A stretch of 62,514 nucleotides of DNA, from positions 1 to 62,514 of the forward strand of contig VFLK01000008.1 of assembly GCA_009885085.1 (NCBI GenBank), in the 5' to 3' direction. Source of the stretch: Minisyncoccota bacterium. Lineage in GTDB: Bacteria; Patescibacteriota; Microgenomatia; UBA1400; PJMF01. Both the position numbers and the translations under genes were made by a program. Positions 38,525 through 49,200 of the stretch are shown here, piece after piece. Position 1 is the first letter of the stretch. Every line of letters begins with the position of its first letter. The notes under the pieces are model-generated. The model was not told the origin of the DNA and searched no databases. It saw nothing but the letters and a program-made list of their open reading frames with translations.

Positions 38525-40645
38525 CTACTTAGTGCTAATCCCGTATTGTTTGAGAACTTGCTTGGTGCCTTGTTCTATTGTGAGAAGAACATCATCGGCC
38601 TTTTCTCCTTCTAGCATAGCATTGATTCCATCTTCGTAGTATTTAATCATCTGATCATTAATACCATTGTCATGAGTGAAAGAATTTAAATACCAGTCCT
38701 GAGCATAAACCGCGTCATCAAGATATGAAGCGACAACTTCGTTGTCAACTAATTTCTCTGCCATACTTGCTTTTGGATAAATCTCTCCAAAAGGTCTAAC
38801 TTCGCTTGCCTTAGAATATAACTTCATTAGGTTTTCATCAGAGCTAATAAATCCAAGAAATTCTGCTGCGATTTCTTTATTTTTGCTACCTGCGTTAACT
38901 CCTTCTGCCCAATATGATCCCCAAGCAATTCTTTCATCTGATAATTGAGGCAAAGTCATAGTTTTAAATTTTAACTCCGGATTTTGAGCCGAAATATCAT
39001 GAGCTCTCCATGATGGAGCAAACATCATAGCCACATCACCTCTGGCAAATGCTATTGTAGAACTTGGCAACTTATCATTCCAAACTCCATCTTTTAGCAC
39101 AAAGTTTGTGTAAAATACCAATGCATCTCTAGTTTCTTGAGAATTTGGGTCAGCAAAGTTGGCTCCGTTTTGCAACATTAAAACAGCTAGTATATCTGAA
39201 AAATGATCTACATTCTTTGTATTTCCGATAGCAAGACCTGCTCTTTCTATACCATTTGCCGACTTAACAGTTAATTTTGTAGCCAATAACCTTAACTCTG
39301 CCCAAGTAGATGGTGGAGTTTCATTAGCAGATTCTAAAATATCAACATTATAAAAAAGGGCCAGGCCGTCATACATCAGTGGAACGCCAACATATTGTCC
39401 ACCGACTACTAACTGATCTGTAACGACTGGATAATAATTATCCTTAAATTCTTTTGAGGAAATTACACTAGTAGGAATTGGGAAAAGCGATGTTTTAAGC
39501 ATAGGAGTCCAAGAAGCGTGGAATCTAAATATATCCGGTCCTTCCTTCGTTCCCAAAGCAGTTTGCAACCTCTCTCTGTAATCTTTGTGAGATTGTTTTA
39601 CATAATTAATTTTTATTCCAGGATGCAATGTCTCAAAATCAGAAATTATTCCCTCGACGACTTCATTTGGTTCCCAAAGACCCCAATATGTTAATTCAGT
39701 CTGTTGTGCTGGAACCTCTGTTCTTTTGCCAGTTTCTCCAGAATTTACATTTGTTGTTCCTGTGTCAGTTGTATTCGATTCTTGTTTTGGAAGCGAGGAG
39801 GAACCTCCGCCAATAAATTTTGAATAAATAAAACCAACCAAACCTAATAAAATCATTCCGCCCACAATAAATGGAAGAAATTTTAAAACAGATTTATTTT
39901 CTTTGGCATATTTAGGTTTTGCTCCCCTAATATCTGAGCCTGAGTCCTTGCTCATTTGAGGCATTGGAGAAGATTTCTCCTGCAAAACTCTTGGCGAGGG
40001 GACGCTAGATCCCATTCCTTTTGGCAACTCTTCACCTCTCATCGCTTGAGGAATTGGCCTTCCTAAAACAGTTCTCTCTGGCATTTGAGCGTTGCCGGCT
40101 GGTTTTACCAAAGGGCCTTCTCCGGGTTTTAATGGAGCAACCATAGCTGCACCATTTTTTGATGATACATCTGGAATAGTATTACTACTCATTGATGACA
40201 AAGCACTTAAAGAAGTTGGAGGGAGAGTTATCTCATTATTTGGTTTAAGATTTGAAGCAGATTTTTGAGCCAATGGAATTCTTGATTTTGCAGCTGTTCC
40301 GTCGAATACTACCTCTTGCTTGCCATCTACTGGCTTGGTAATATCCATTGCTTTAGAAACTTCAGTTGGTTTGGCCAGATCCACTGGTTTTGAAACTCCG
40401 GTCGGGTTGGTAACTCCACCGGGACTGGTAGGATCCACCGGCTTAACGACAACACCCGAGCCGGCAATGTTCGTTGGTTTTATAGCTCCATCTGAGCCTG
40501 GGACAACAGTAGGCTTCACTTCTCCAGGCTGCTTGTTTGAAGCATCTCCCAAAGCTGAAGGTGGTGGCGTAGCAACCGTTGCTGAATTATTTTTATCATC
40601 GTTTTTTAGAATCTGGGATGGCTTTGGTAGTGGCTGATTATTCAT
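38525..40645 (-). CDS. Family 1 extracellular solute-binding protein with long Pro-rich cytoplasmic N-terminus
   Basis: TM helix near aa 255-278, LTYWGLWE, GPDIF, GVPLMYDGLALFYN, PPSTWAEL, FARGDVAMMF. Confidence 0.85.
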   Translation of the reverse strand: MNNQPLPKPSQILKNDDKNNSATVATPPPSALGDASNKQPGEVKPTVVPGSDGAIKPTNIAGSGVVVKPVDPTSPGGVTNPTGVSKPVDLAKPTEVSKAMDITKPVDGKQEVVFDGTAAKSRIPLAQKSASNLKPNNEITLPPTSLSALSSMSSNTIPDVSSKNGAAMVAPLKPGEGPLVKPAGNAQMPERTVLGRPIPQAMRGEELPKGMGSSVPSPRVLQEKSSPMPQMSKDSGSDIRGAKPKYAKENKSVLKFLPFIVGGMILLGLVGFIYSKFIGGGSSSLPKQESNTTDTGTTNVNSGETGKRTEVPAQQTELTYWGLWEPNEVVEGIISDFETLHPGIKINYVKQSHKDYRERLQTALGTKEGPDIFRFHASWTPMLKTSLFPIPTSVISSKEFKDNYYPVVTDQLVVGGQYVGVPLMYDGLALFYNVDILESANETPPSTWAELRLLATKLTVKSANGIERAGLAIGNTKNVDHFSDILAVLMLQNGANFADPNSQETRDALVFYTNFVLKDGVWNDKLPSSTIAFARGDVAMMFAPSWRAHDISAQNPELKFKTMTLPQLSDERIAWGSYWAEGVNAGSKNKEIAAEFLGFISSDENLMKLYSKASEVRPFGEIYPKASMAEKLVDNEVVASYLDDAVYAQDWYLNSFTHDNGINDQMIKYYEDGINAMLEGEKADDVLLTIEQGTKQVLKQYGISTK

Positions 40646-40712
40646 AATATTCTATATCTAGTAATAAATCTACAGATTTGACAGAATAAGCTATACCAAC
40701 AAAAAATACGGC

Positions 40713-42563
40713 ATGGTTTATTACATATATAATAATAGCATAATGAAAAACACTTTGCCTCTAGGATCTTCACAGATTGCATTTCTGCTATTTATTGCGG
40801 GAGCTAGCTTTTTGGCATCTGGATTGTATTTAAATACCAATTTTTATGAGAAAAGAATCTATCCAAGAACATACATAGATAATGTTGATGTATCAGGACT
40901 ATCTACATCTGATGCCATAGAAATATTAAAAAGCAAACAAAATGAGGTTGAACCACACAATTTGGTATTAGCAGTTGATGACATAATGGTGGCTAGCTCG
41001 TCATCAGAATTAGGAGCACAAAACAACTATTCTGAATCTGTTAATTCTGCATACGCATCTACCAGAGACAGTTCTAAGTTAAAATCAGAATTGAACCTGG
41101 TCAAGTCATTTTTTAAAGACAATAATTTTTCTACAAAAACATCTTACGACGACGAGAAATTAAACAAACTAATATCTAATCTAGATCAAAGCGTTACTTT
41201 AAAAGGAGAAGATCCAGATGTATCTCTTAAAATATCTAATAATGAAAAATCAATAGTTGTTTTCAAAGGTGTTCCAGGAAGAGAAGTTGACCTTTTGGCT
41301 ACAAAAGAAAAAATTAAAGAAAGATCCAAAGAGAACACCTGGAATAGCGAAGGCAACGGGAGTATATTAAGCCTTCTGGTTGATGCTGAAATAGCTTCCA
41401 CTAGTACTGTTTTGACTGACGAACAAGCAAATTCTGAACTATTAAGAGCAAAAAAACTAGTTGGCAAATCCCTAGAATTCAAAGCAGAAAATAAAAAATT
41501 CTACTTCAACGATATAGAATTGATCGAGTTTCTGCAGCCTCTTGGAAAATATATCGACTCTAGCATGGATAAAACAATTTCCGTCTGGAGTGAAGACGTT
41601 AATAGAGAACCTCAAAATGCAGAATTTAAATATGACAAAGAAACCCTGAAAGTAGAAACATTTTTGCCCCACAAAGATGGATTAAAAATAAATATAGAAG
41701 CCACAAAAAAATTAATTTCCGAACAGATTGAGAATTTACTAAATTCTCAAGAAAAAGAAACAAATATTACGGAAGAAATCTCCCCAATTTTTGAGATACC
41801 TCTTGATAGAACTTCTCCAGAATTAACCCTAGAGAAAACCAATGATCTTGGCATTAATGAAAAAATTGGATTTGGAGAAAGCTATTATTTTCATTCTATA
41901 TTAAATAGAGTCCACAACGTAGGAATAACGGCCGAAAGAATTTCACTCACAATAGTTCCTCCCGGCCAGGAGTTTTCCTTTAATAAAACCCTAGGTGATG
42001 TTTCTGCTAGAACCGGATACCGTTCTGCATATGTTATATCTAACGGGAAAACAGTTCTTGGAGATGGCGGCGGAGTTTGTCAGGTTAGCAGTACTCTTTT
42101 TAGAGCAGTTCTGGATGCCGGACTCAAAGTCACCAAAAGACTTCAACACTCTTACAGAGTCTCGTATTATGAATTGAATTCACAACCTGGGTTTGACGCC
42201 ACAGTGTATGCAGGCAATATTGATTTTAAATTCGTCAACGATACTGAAAAATATATTTTAATTTATACTTATGTTGAATCTGATAATAGATATATGAATA
42301 TCGAAATATATGGGACAGATGACGGCAGAACGAGTGAGATATCTGATTATAAAAAGTGGGATTTCAGGGGTGCTCCAGCTTCTGAATACTTCCCTACTTC
42401 CGAGCTACCAGCCGGAGTTACCGAACAGATAGATTGGTCAGTATCAGGAATAAAAACTGAGTTTAAAAACACTATTAAAGATAAATTTGGAAATGTCATC
42501 AGCGAAGAAATTTATTATTCCAATTACAGACCATGGTCTGCCAAGTATATGAGGGGAATATAA
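40713..42563 (+). CDS. VanW family protein with peptidoglycan-binding domains
   Basis: RIYPRTYIDNVDVSGL, FSFNKTLG, GGGVCQVSSTLFRA and HSYRVSYYE motifs. Confidence 0.9.
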   Translation: MVYYIYNNSIMKNTLPLGSSQIAFLLFIAGASFLASGLYLNTNFYEKRIYPRTYIDNVDVSGLSTSDAIEILKSKQNEVEPHNLVLAVDDIMVASSSSELGAQNNYSESVNSAYASTRDSSKLKSELNLVKSFFKDNNFSTKTSYDDEKLNKLISNLDQSVTLKGEDPDVSLKISNNEKSIVVFKGVPGREVDLLATKEKIKERSKENTWNSEGNGSILSLLVDAEIASTSTVLTDEQANSELLRAKKLVGKSLEFKAENKKFYFNDIELIEFLQPLGKYIDSSMDKTISVWSEDVNREPQNAEFKYDKETLKVETFLPHKDGLKINIEATKKLISEQIENLLNSQEKETNITEEISPIFEIPLDRTSPELTLEKTNDLGINEKIGFGESYYFHSILNRVHNVGITAERISLTIVPPGQEFSFNKTLGDVSARTGYRSAYVISNGKTVLGDGGGVCQVSSTLFRAVLDAGLKVTKRLQHSYRVSYYELNSQPGFDATVYAGNIDFKFVNDTEKYILIYTYVESDNRYMNIEIYGTDDGRTSEISDYKKWDFRGAPASEYFPTSELPAGVTEQIDWSVSGIKTEFKNTIKDKFGNVISEEIYYSNYRPWSAKYMRGI

Positions 42564-42588
42564 AAAAAGAATGTTATAATAACTTCCT

Positions 42589-44928
42589 ATGGACTCGAGA
42601 TACAACTCCCAACAAACTGAAGATGAAATCTATACACTTTGGGAAAAAGCAGATGCTTTTAATCCAGATTCAGTTAAAAAACTCCGTCAAGAAAATGACA
42701 ACAAACAAGATAGCTCTACTGGCGAGCAGTTTTCAATTATTCTTCCTCCTCCTAATGCCAACGATCCTCTACACGTAGGACACGCAATGTATACAATCGA
42801 AGATGTTCTGGTCCGTTATCATCGCATGTTAGGCGACGATACCCTATGGTTGCCAGGAACAGATCACGCTGGCATTGAAACTCAATTTGTCTTTGAAAAA
42901 AAACTCAAAAAAGAAGGCAAGAGTCGATTCAATTTTGATCGCTCTACCCTATATCAAATGATCTGGGATTATGTTCAAGAGAACTCTTCAGTTGCCACAG
43001 ATCAAATGAAAAAGCTTGGTTTCAGTTTAGATTGGTCTCGATTTAAGTTTACTCTAGACAAAGATATTGTTGATAATGTAGTTGAAACGTTTCAACTTCT
43101 TTACAAAGATGGATTGATATATCGCGATTTAAAGCTTGTTAATTATTGCACGCGTTGTGGAACTAGTTACTCAGAATTAGAGGTAAATCACGAAGATAAA
43201 ATCGATCCTCTATATACTATTCAATATGGTCCACTACAAGTATCAACGGTCCGTCCAGAAACTATTTTTGGAGATGTAGCAGTTGCTATAAATCCGAATG
43301 ACGACAGATATAAACAATATATTGGGAAAATGATTGAAGTAGAGTTTCCTTGGGGAAATAAAACAATGCCTGTCATTGCGGACAACTATGTAGATCCAAA
43401 ATTTGGAACTGGAGCTGTCAAAGTTACCCCATATCATGATCAAAATGATTTTCAAATGTGGGAGACACATAAAAGTGAAATCTCAGAAGTTCCAGTTCCA
43501 GTAATTAATACGAGTGGAAAAATTTATAACGCCCCTAAAAAATATAACGGTTTAGGAGTTATAAATGCGCGAGCAGCTGTACTTGAGGACTATGAAGCTT
43601 ATAAAGACAGCCAAGGACGTTCACTTTTAATTAGCATTGATAAAAAATATAGTCACTCAGTGGGTGTGTGTTATCGTTGTGCCAAGCCAATTGAGCCCCT
43701 ACCCTTACCACAATTATTTATTAAGGTTGCCGACTCATCAAATCCTAAAAATAAAAAATCAAATTTAGTAAAAAGAGCACTAGAAAGTCTGGACTCCGGA
43801 GAAACAAAAATTCATGGAGCTGGAAGAGAGAAAGTTTTAAGACATTGGCTCAAAAACCTCAAGGATTGGAATATTTCACGTCAAATTGTCTGGGGCATTC
43901 CAATTCCAGTTTGGTACAAAATAAATGATAATGAAGATAAAATTATTGTCTCATTTGTTGATAAAAATAAAGTCTATCAGACTGGCAAATTGTCAAAGTG
44001 GTTAGAAACGACATCTCTCAAGGAAATTAAACAGAATATTCAATCAATTAGCGCTGACATTTCAGTCCCCTACTCCGTCTCAGTTGAAGATCCTAAATTA
44101 ACCACAACAACTGAAAAAGATGTCTCTGATTATATTCAGGAGACAGACACGTTTGATACGTGGTTTTCCTCTAGTCAGTGGCCTGTCGCTACCTTAAAAA
44201 CTAATAAAAAAGGAGATTTTGAACGCTTCTATTCAACTTCAGTAATGGAAACTGGCTATGATATTCTCCCAATTTGGGTGATGAGAATGATGCTCCTGGG
44301 TAATTATTTGACTGGTAAAACTCCTTTTAAGAACGTCTACCTTCACGGCTTGATTAGAGATGAAAAAGGCAAAAAAATGAGCAAATCCAAAGGAAACGTA
44401 ATTAATCCTCTAGAGGTTAAGGAAGAATTTGGAGCAGATGCCCTAAGAATGGCTTTGGTAATAAGATCAACTCCAGGTCAAGACAAATCTGTGGGAAAAC
44501 CAGATTTTAAAGCTGCGAGAAATCTAACAAACAAGATATGGAACGCAGCTCGTTTTACAACTTTAATGATAGAAAATCCCCACGAAACTAGCGTTTTAAA
44601 AAATGCTCCGGGAGATGCCGAATATTTTGTTAAATTAAATTCAATTATTTCAGAAATCAGCAAACATCTTTCAGACCTCAAGCTTGGCTTAGCTGCAGAG
44701 GTAATATACAACGAATTCTGGCACTGGTATTGCGATATTTGTATTGAGGACGCCAAGCAAGGAAAAATTTCGCTTGAAGTTTTAAAAGTCGGACTAGTAA
44801 CTTTCCTCAAGATGCTCCATCCTTTTATGCCTTTTGTAACAGAATCTATTTGGCAAGAATTACTTAAAAAAAATATAGTTTCAGAGAAATTACTCATTGT
44901 TTCAGACTGGCCCACTCAGGTATCATAG
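42589..44928 (+). CDS. valS: Valine--tRNA ligase
   Basis: PPPNAN..LHVGHA, PGTDHAGIETQ, DWNISRQIVWG, DTWFSS and KMSKS motifs. Confidence 0.96.
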   Translation: MDSRYNSQQTEDEIYTLWEKADAFNPDSVKKLRQENDNKQDSSTGEQFSIILPPPNANDPLHVGHAMYTIEDVLVRYHRMLGDDTLWLPGTDHAGIETQFVFEKKLKKEGKSRFNFDRSTLYQMIWDYVQENSSVATDQMKKLGFSLDWSRFKFTLDKDIVDNVVETFQLLYKDGLIYRDLKLVNYCTRCGTSYSELEVNHEDKIDPLYTIQYGPLQVSTVRPETIFGDVAVAINPNDDRYKQYIGKMIEVEFPWGNKTMPVIADNYVDPKFGTGAVKVTPYHDQNDFQMWETHKSEISEVPVPVINTSGKIYNAPKKYNGLGVINARAAVLEDYEAYKDSQGRSLLISIDKKYSHSVGVCYRCAKPIEPLPLPQLFIKVADSSNPKNKKSNLVKRALESLDSGETKIHGAGREKVLRHWLKNLKDWNISRQIVWGIPIPVWYKINDNEDKIIVSFVDKNKVYQTGKLSKWLETTSLKEIKQNIQSISADISVPYSVSVEDPKLTTTTEKDVSDYIQETDTFDTWFSSSQWPVATLKTNKKGDFERFYSTSVMETGYDILPIWVMRMMLLGNYLTGKTPFKNVYLHGLIRDEKGKKMSKSKGNVINPLEVKEEFGADALRMALVIRSTPGQDKSVGKPDFKAARNLTNKIWNAARFTTLMIENPHETSVLKNAPGDAEYFVKLNSIISEISKHLSDLKLGLAAEVIYNEFWHWYCDICIEDAKQGKISLEVLKVGLVTFLKMLHPFMPFVTESIWQELLKKNIVSEKLLIVSDWPTQVS

Positions 44929-44934
44929 TAACTA

Positions 44935-45357
44935 GTGAAGTTACTATTCTTTAAATTCAAACTACTAGTTTATTTAGTGCTCTTCCTTCTGGATCTGTTG
45001 TTCATTCAAATCAAGAAGGCAAAGTTAATAATTCTAACTTTTTTTATCATTTTATTTTTAATAAACCTAATGTTTTTTTATATAATTAAGGAAAAAATTG
45101 GTAGAGAAGAAATTCAAAATGAACCAGGCTTCTCCCCAATCCATCCAGATCAGTATCTCAAATCAGAAAAAACAGAATCAGAGATCCAAGTAGAAATATT
45201 TTATTGGGAAAATATTATAGAAAAGCAGCCAAATTCGAGAGATGCTCTAGTTAATTTATCCATACTAAAAAGAACATTACTTGACAATCAAGAAGCTGAA
45301 GGCTTATGGAATCGAGCAAAAATCATAGATCCCAATAACCAAATTTTCGAGAATTAG
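44935..45357 (+). CDS. Small membrane-anchored TPR-like hypothetical protein
   Basis: N-terminal hydrophobic helices; QPNSRDALVNLS...AKIIDPN TPR pattern. Confidence 0.6.
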   Translation: MKLLFFKFKLLVYLVLFLLDLLFIQIKKAKLIILTFFIILFLINLMFFYIIKEKIGREEIQNEPGFSPIHPDQYLKSEKTESEIQVEIFYWENIIEKQPNSRDALVNLSILKRTLLDNQEAEGLWNRAKIIDPNNQIFEN

Positions 45358-45374
45358 CTTATCTTTTTAAAAGA

Positions 45375-46073
45375 TTATTCAGTTGGTTTGTCGCCAGCAT
45401 CAGCAGGCTTTTCACCTTCTGAGTCAGGTTTAGACTCGTCAGAAGCGGCTTCTTCTGTGACAGCTTCTTCTACGACTTCTTCAACCTCTTCTTTAACGGC
45501 TTGAACATTCACAAGCATAACGTCAGAAGGATCTTCATCTTCGTTTAAAACTAGAGAAATTTTTGATTTGTCAAAAGTTAGATCAGCTAAAGTGATGCTC
45601 TGCCCCACTTCTGTAAGCACTGAAATATCAACTTCAAAATGCTCTAATAGATCTGCTGGCAGTGCTTCTATTAGGACGTAATCTTTAACCAAAGAAACGA
45701 CGGCATCATCAATCTTTGTCTCACCTATCAAAACAACTGGGATTTCAGCTTCAATCTTAACGCTCAAACTAACTCTCTTGAAGGAAACATGCAAAATTTT
45801 GTCTCCTATTATCTCGGTAGAAACCTCATCAATCAACGCTGGAACTTGCTTTTTTTCATCATCAACTTGTAAGTAAATCAAACCGGTGTCACCGTGTGAT
45901 TGATAGAGCTTTTTAACACCCTGATAATCTGCTAATATAGCTACTGATTTTTCGCCAAGGCCATAAATATTTCCAGGCGTCTTTCCGGTTCTTCTTAATT
46001 TATAAACTTGTCCAGATCCTTTTTCAAGTCTTGTCGAGACGTGAAACACTATTTTTTCTGATGCATTTGTCAT
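45375..46073 (-). CDS. rplY: 50S ribosomal protein L25/Ctc
   Basis: LRRTGKTPGNIYG, ILHVSF and IEALPADL motifs; acidic tail. Confidence 0.92.
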   Translation of the reverse strand: MTNASEKIVFHVSTRLEKGSGQVYKLRRTGKTPGNIYGLGEKSVAILADYQGVKKLYQSHGDTGLIYLQVDDEKKQVPALIDEVSTEIIGDKILHVSFKRVSLSVKIEAEIPVVLIGETKIDDAVVSLVKDYVLIEALPADLLEHFEVDISVLTEVGQSITLADLTFDKSKISLVLNEDEDPSDVMLVNVQAVKEEVEEVVEEAVTEEAASDESKPDSEGEKPADAGDKPTE

Positions 46074-46228
46074 ATGATTGATACTCTTTCTTATTTTACT
46101 TATTTAACAAAATATAATTCGTAATGACAGCTAGTATAAAGCTCTTGAGGAAAATAAGCAACTTTGAACAAACAATATAATCTGGTTATTTTTATAAATT
46201 TACCCGTATACCAATCTATAATCCAATA

Positions 46229-49200
46229 TTACTGAAATTCTACACTAAATAGTGAGTTCTCAAATCCAGAGTTAAATGTAATAGTTTTGTTAGAAACTTG
46301 GGCCGCTGGTGCTATTAATACCGGCTCCATGTCGTCTGCATACTTAATACTAACTTTTAATAAATCTCCAGACGTTCCTGGCTGTTTTCTATTAAAAAAT
46401 ACATACGAAAATCCATTCTCAAAATTATGAGGAGTTGTGTAGTCTAACTCAACTACAACTTGTTTTTGTATTGGCACATCAACTCTTATACCGATTTCCT
46501 TGAAGCCGTTTACTTCCTTTTGAGATATTTGTTCCTCAATTAGGGCAGAGCCATTAATTAAAACCTTATCAAGAATGACATCTTTGTCGATATAGAATCT
46601 TTGATAAGATTTGTAGGTTCCTTTTGGCCATGAATTTGACTTGGCGTTATTCATAAATGTAATTTCTCTCGTATGAACTGCTTTTTCTCGATCTAATACC
46701 ACCTTATGAACAATTGATCTGTCTAAATAATAATTAGCCTTATTGATACCAATATTGGCTTCTACTTGAGATAGAACATCGACTTTGCAATCTACTAAAC
46801 TCAGTTGGGTGGGGCAGTTTGGTTTAGATAGGCCTCCCGTCCAACCCAAACTATGTAGCACGAGCTGATCGCTTTTTTCCGTTACCGAAATTGAGATTTG
46901 ATTGTCAACAATTGAGTGCTCCAAAGAGGAAAATAGAGCAGGGACTTTTTCTCTATTCAAATTTGTGATTTTTTCAATTAACTTTTTCAACACTGCAACT
47001 GAGTAGTCTATTGAATCTGGAGAACTAACCAACACTACCTCTGAATGGAACTCCATTCTTTCGAGAAGGTTTTTATGAGTCAAAACTTCGTTATACTCTG
47101 GCAAGTCAACTGGTCCTGTTACTTCAAGAATGTCTCTGGCTGAAAATAGATTCAGAGCAATAACTCCGTCAACATCTACTCCGAGACTTTTATTTATAAA
47201 CCAGCCAATTTGAGCGCTAGCTGTTGGAAAATCTGGATTCCAGTTGCTATCTCTCAAGTACCATTTTTCTTCACCTAAATAATTTGTGACGTCGGATGGG
47301 GGAATTATCGAGCCAGAAAGCTTGGAGTCTAGATCATAAACACTGTAAACGCTGTGAGAAACTAGAATTCCTTGATCAAAATTTAAAAGTGCCACAGCTT
47401 GAATAAAGCCGCCAGTTGGTCTAAGTTCTTGGTTATTTTGGAATATAACTGCGTATGTTTTTTTAGATTTTTCACCTGTGAGAGAAGCCAAAATTGGCTG
47501 AAGCTGTTGTTGGATAGCAATCTCATTTCTAATCTCTCTTAGCTTATTTTCGTAGTTTGTAATGATAATTTCCCGATTTTCTGAGTTTATGTCAAAATCA
47601 ATTAAATTAAAACTTGCTTGTATGCCCGACAGTTTTTCATATGCCAATTGAGCTTTGTCGTCCAATATTTGGGCAAACTCTGTTGTTTTGTTACTATCTC
47701 CAGCAATAATCTGTAGAAACAGGTTTTTAGAGGCTTCATCAACTTCTAAGAGCATTTGAGGAATCAGTTGAAGGTTCTCGCTGATCTCAACCATAGAGGC
47801 TGAGTCTGAGATTAGATTTGTTTCTATAACCGAACCATATGCATTTGTCTGCAAACCCACGAAACTCGTTATCCTCTTGAGTCCTTCATCCTCTATTAAC
47901 ACGGTCTCTTGATCAACAATTCCTCTAGAAATAAAGGCTACTAATTCTTTTCTTAAGATAGTTTGAGAAACATAAAAAATTACTGCTAGAAAGATTATTC
48001 CTATTGCGGCTCCAGCAGCTCCAATTCCGCCAATAAAGAATATTCTCTTTCTTCCAGATTTCTTTGTAATTTTATTAGTATCTTTTGCAATTTTCCTGAT
48101 TCTTCCAACTTTTGTCTCAGTTCTAGTTGTCTGAAATATTCTTTGAATTTCATTGTCTACGTCTATTTTCGGAGGAGAGGGGACTCTTGTTAAAGAGATA
48201 ATTTCGCCAACAACAAGTGTCTCAGAGACAACAGGAAGTTTTTTCTCTGGTGGTGTTTCTGTAAGAGGAGTTTCTATGAGTAGCGTTTTTACAAGCGGAG
48301 TTTTTGTAAGTGGTGTTTCTGTAAGAGGAGTTTCTATGAGTAGCGTTTTTACAAGCGGAGTTTTTGTGAGTAATTTTTCCTGAAGAGGTCTCCTAAAATC
48401 CAGTTTTTTAGAATCGGGCATTCTGAAGTCGGGTATTCTAGAATCTATCATTCTAGAATCTAGCGATTCAATACCTGTTGTTTCTTCAATTCGTCGTTCA
48501 TGGACAATTTTATTAGTAATTAAAATTTTAGTTGAGAAGCCTTCGGATGGTGGTATTTTTTCTACAATTTGATTTTTTAAGTTTTCGTCTGGTTTGCTAA
48601 TAATATCCGACTTTTCTGGTTCTGATGGGGGACTCAAACTCTTAACAATTCTTGCTATTAATATTTTTATATCTTGATGAATAATTATTTCCTTAACAGA
48701 GAAGGGGACAAGACTGTTTATTTTTACAGAATCATCAACAACCTCTAGGTTGGCGTTGTAATAAGAATCATAAAGCTTTTTGATAGAACCAATCACTTTA
48801 CTTGAATCGATGATTTCTCCTCTTATTAAAACACTGCTTTGTTTACCAGGTTTAAATAAATATTCTTTTAAACTCTCTACAAAAAGTCCAGAATCAATAA
48901 TTCCCAGTGACACGTCGGGATTGACAACAACTCTTTTTCTGACATTTTGAAGCAAAAACTCAAGACTAGTTCCTAAAGAATCTTTTGAGATCACGTCACT
49001 ACCAAAAATGAAGCTTGCTTTTGACAAATGATAATTACAATCAACAATAAATTGAGTCTGTTTCCTAGATCGTTCTTTCCATCCCTGTAGTAGGTCGCTA
49101 TTATGTTCTGCTACATTTGAAATGAGAGTTGCCACTATGATAACTGGAATTTTTATTTCTCTTATAATACTCAAAATTCCCAGATAATTATCAGTCTTAT

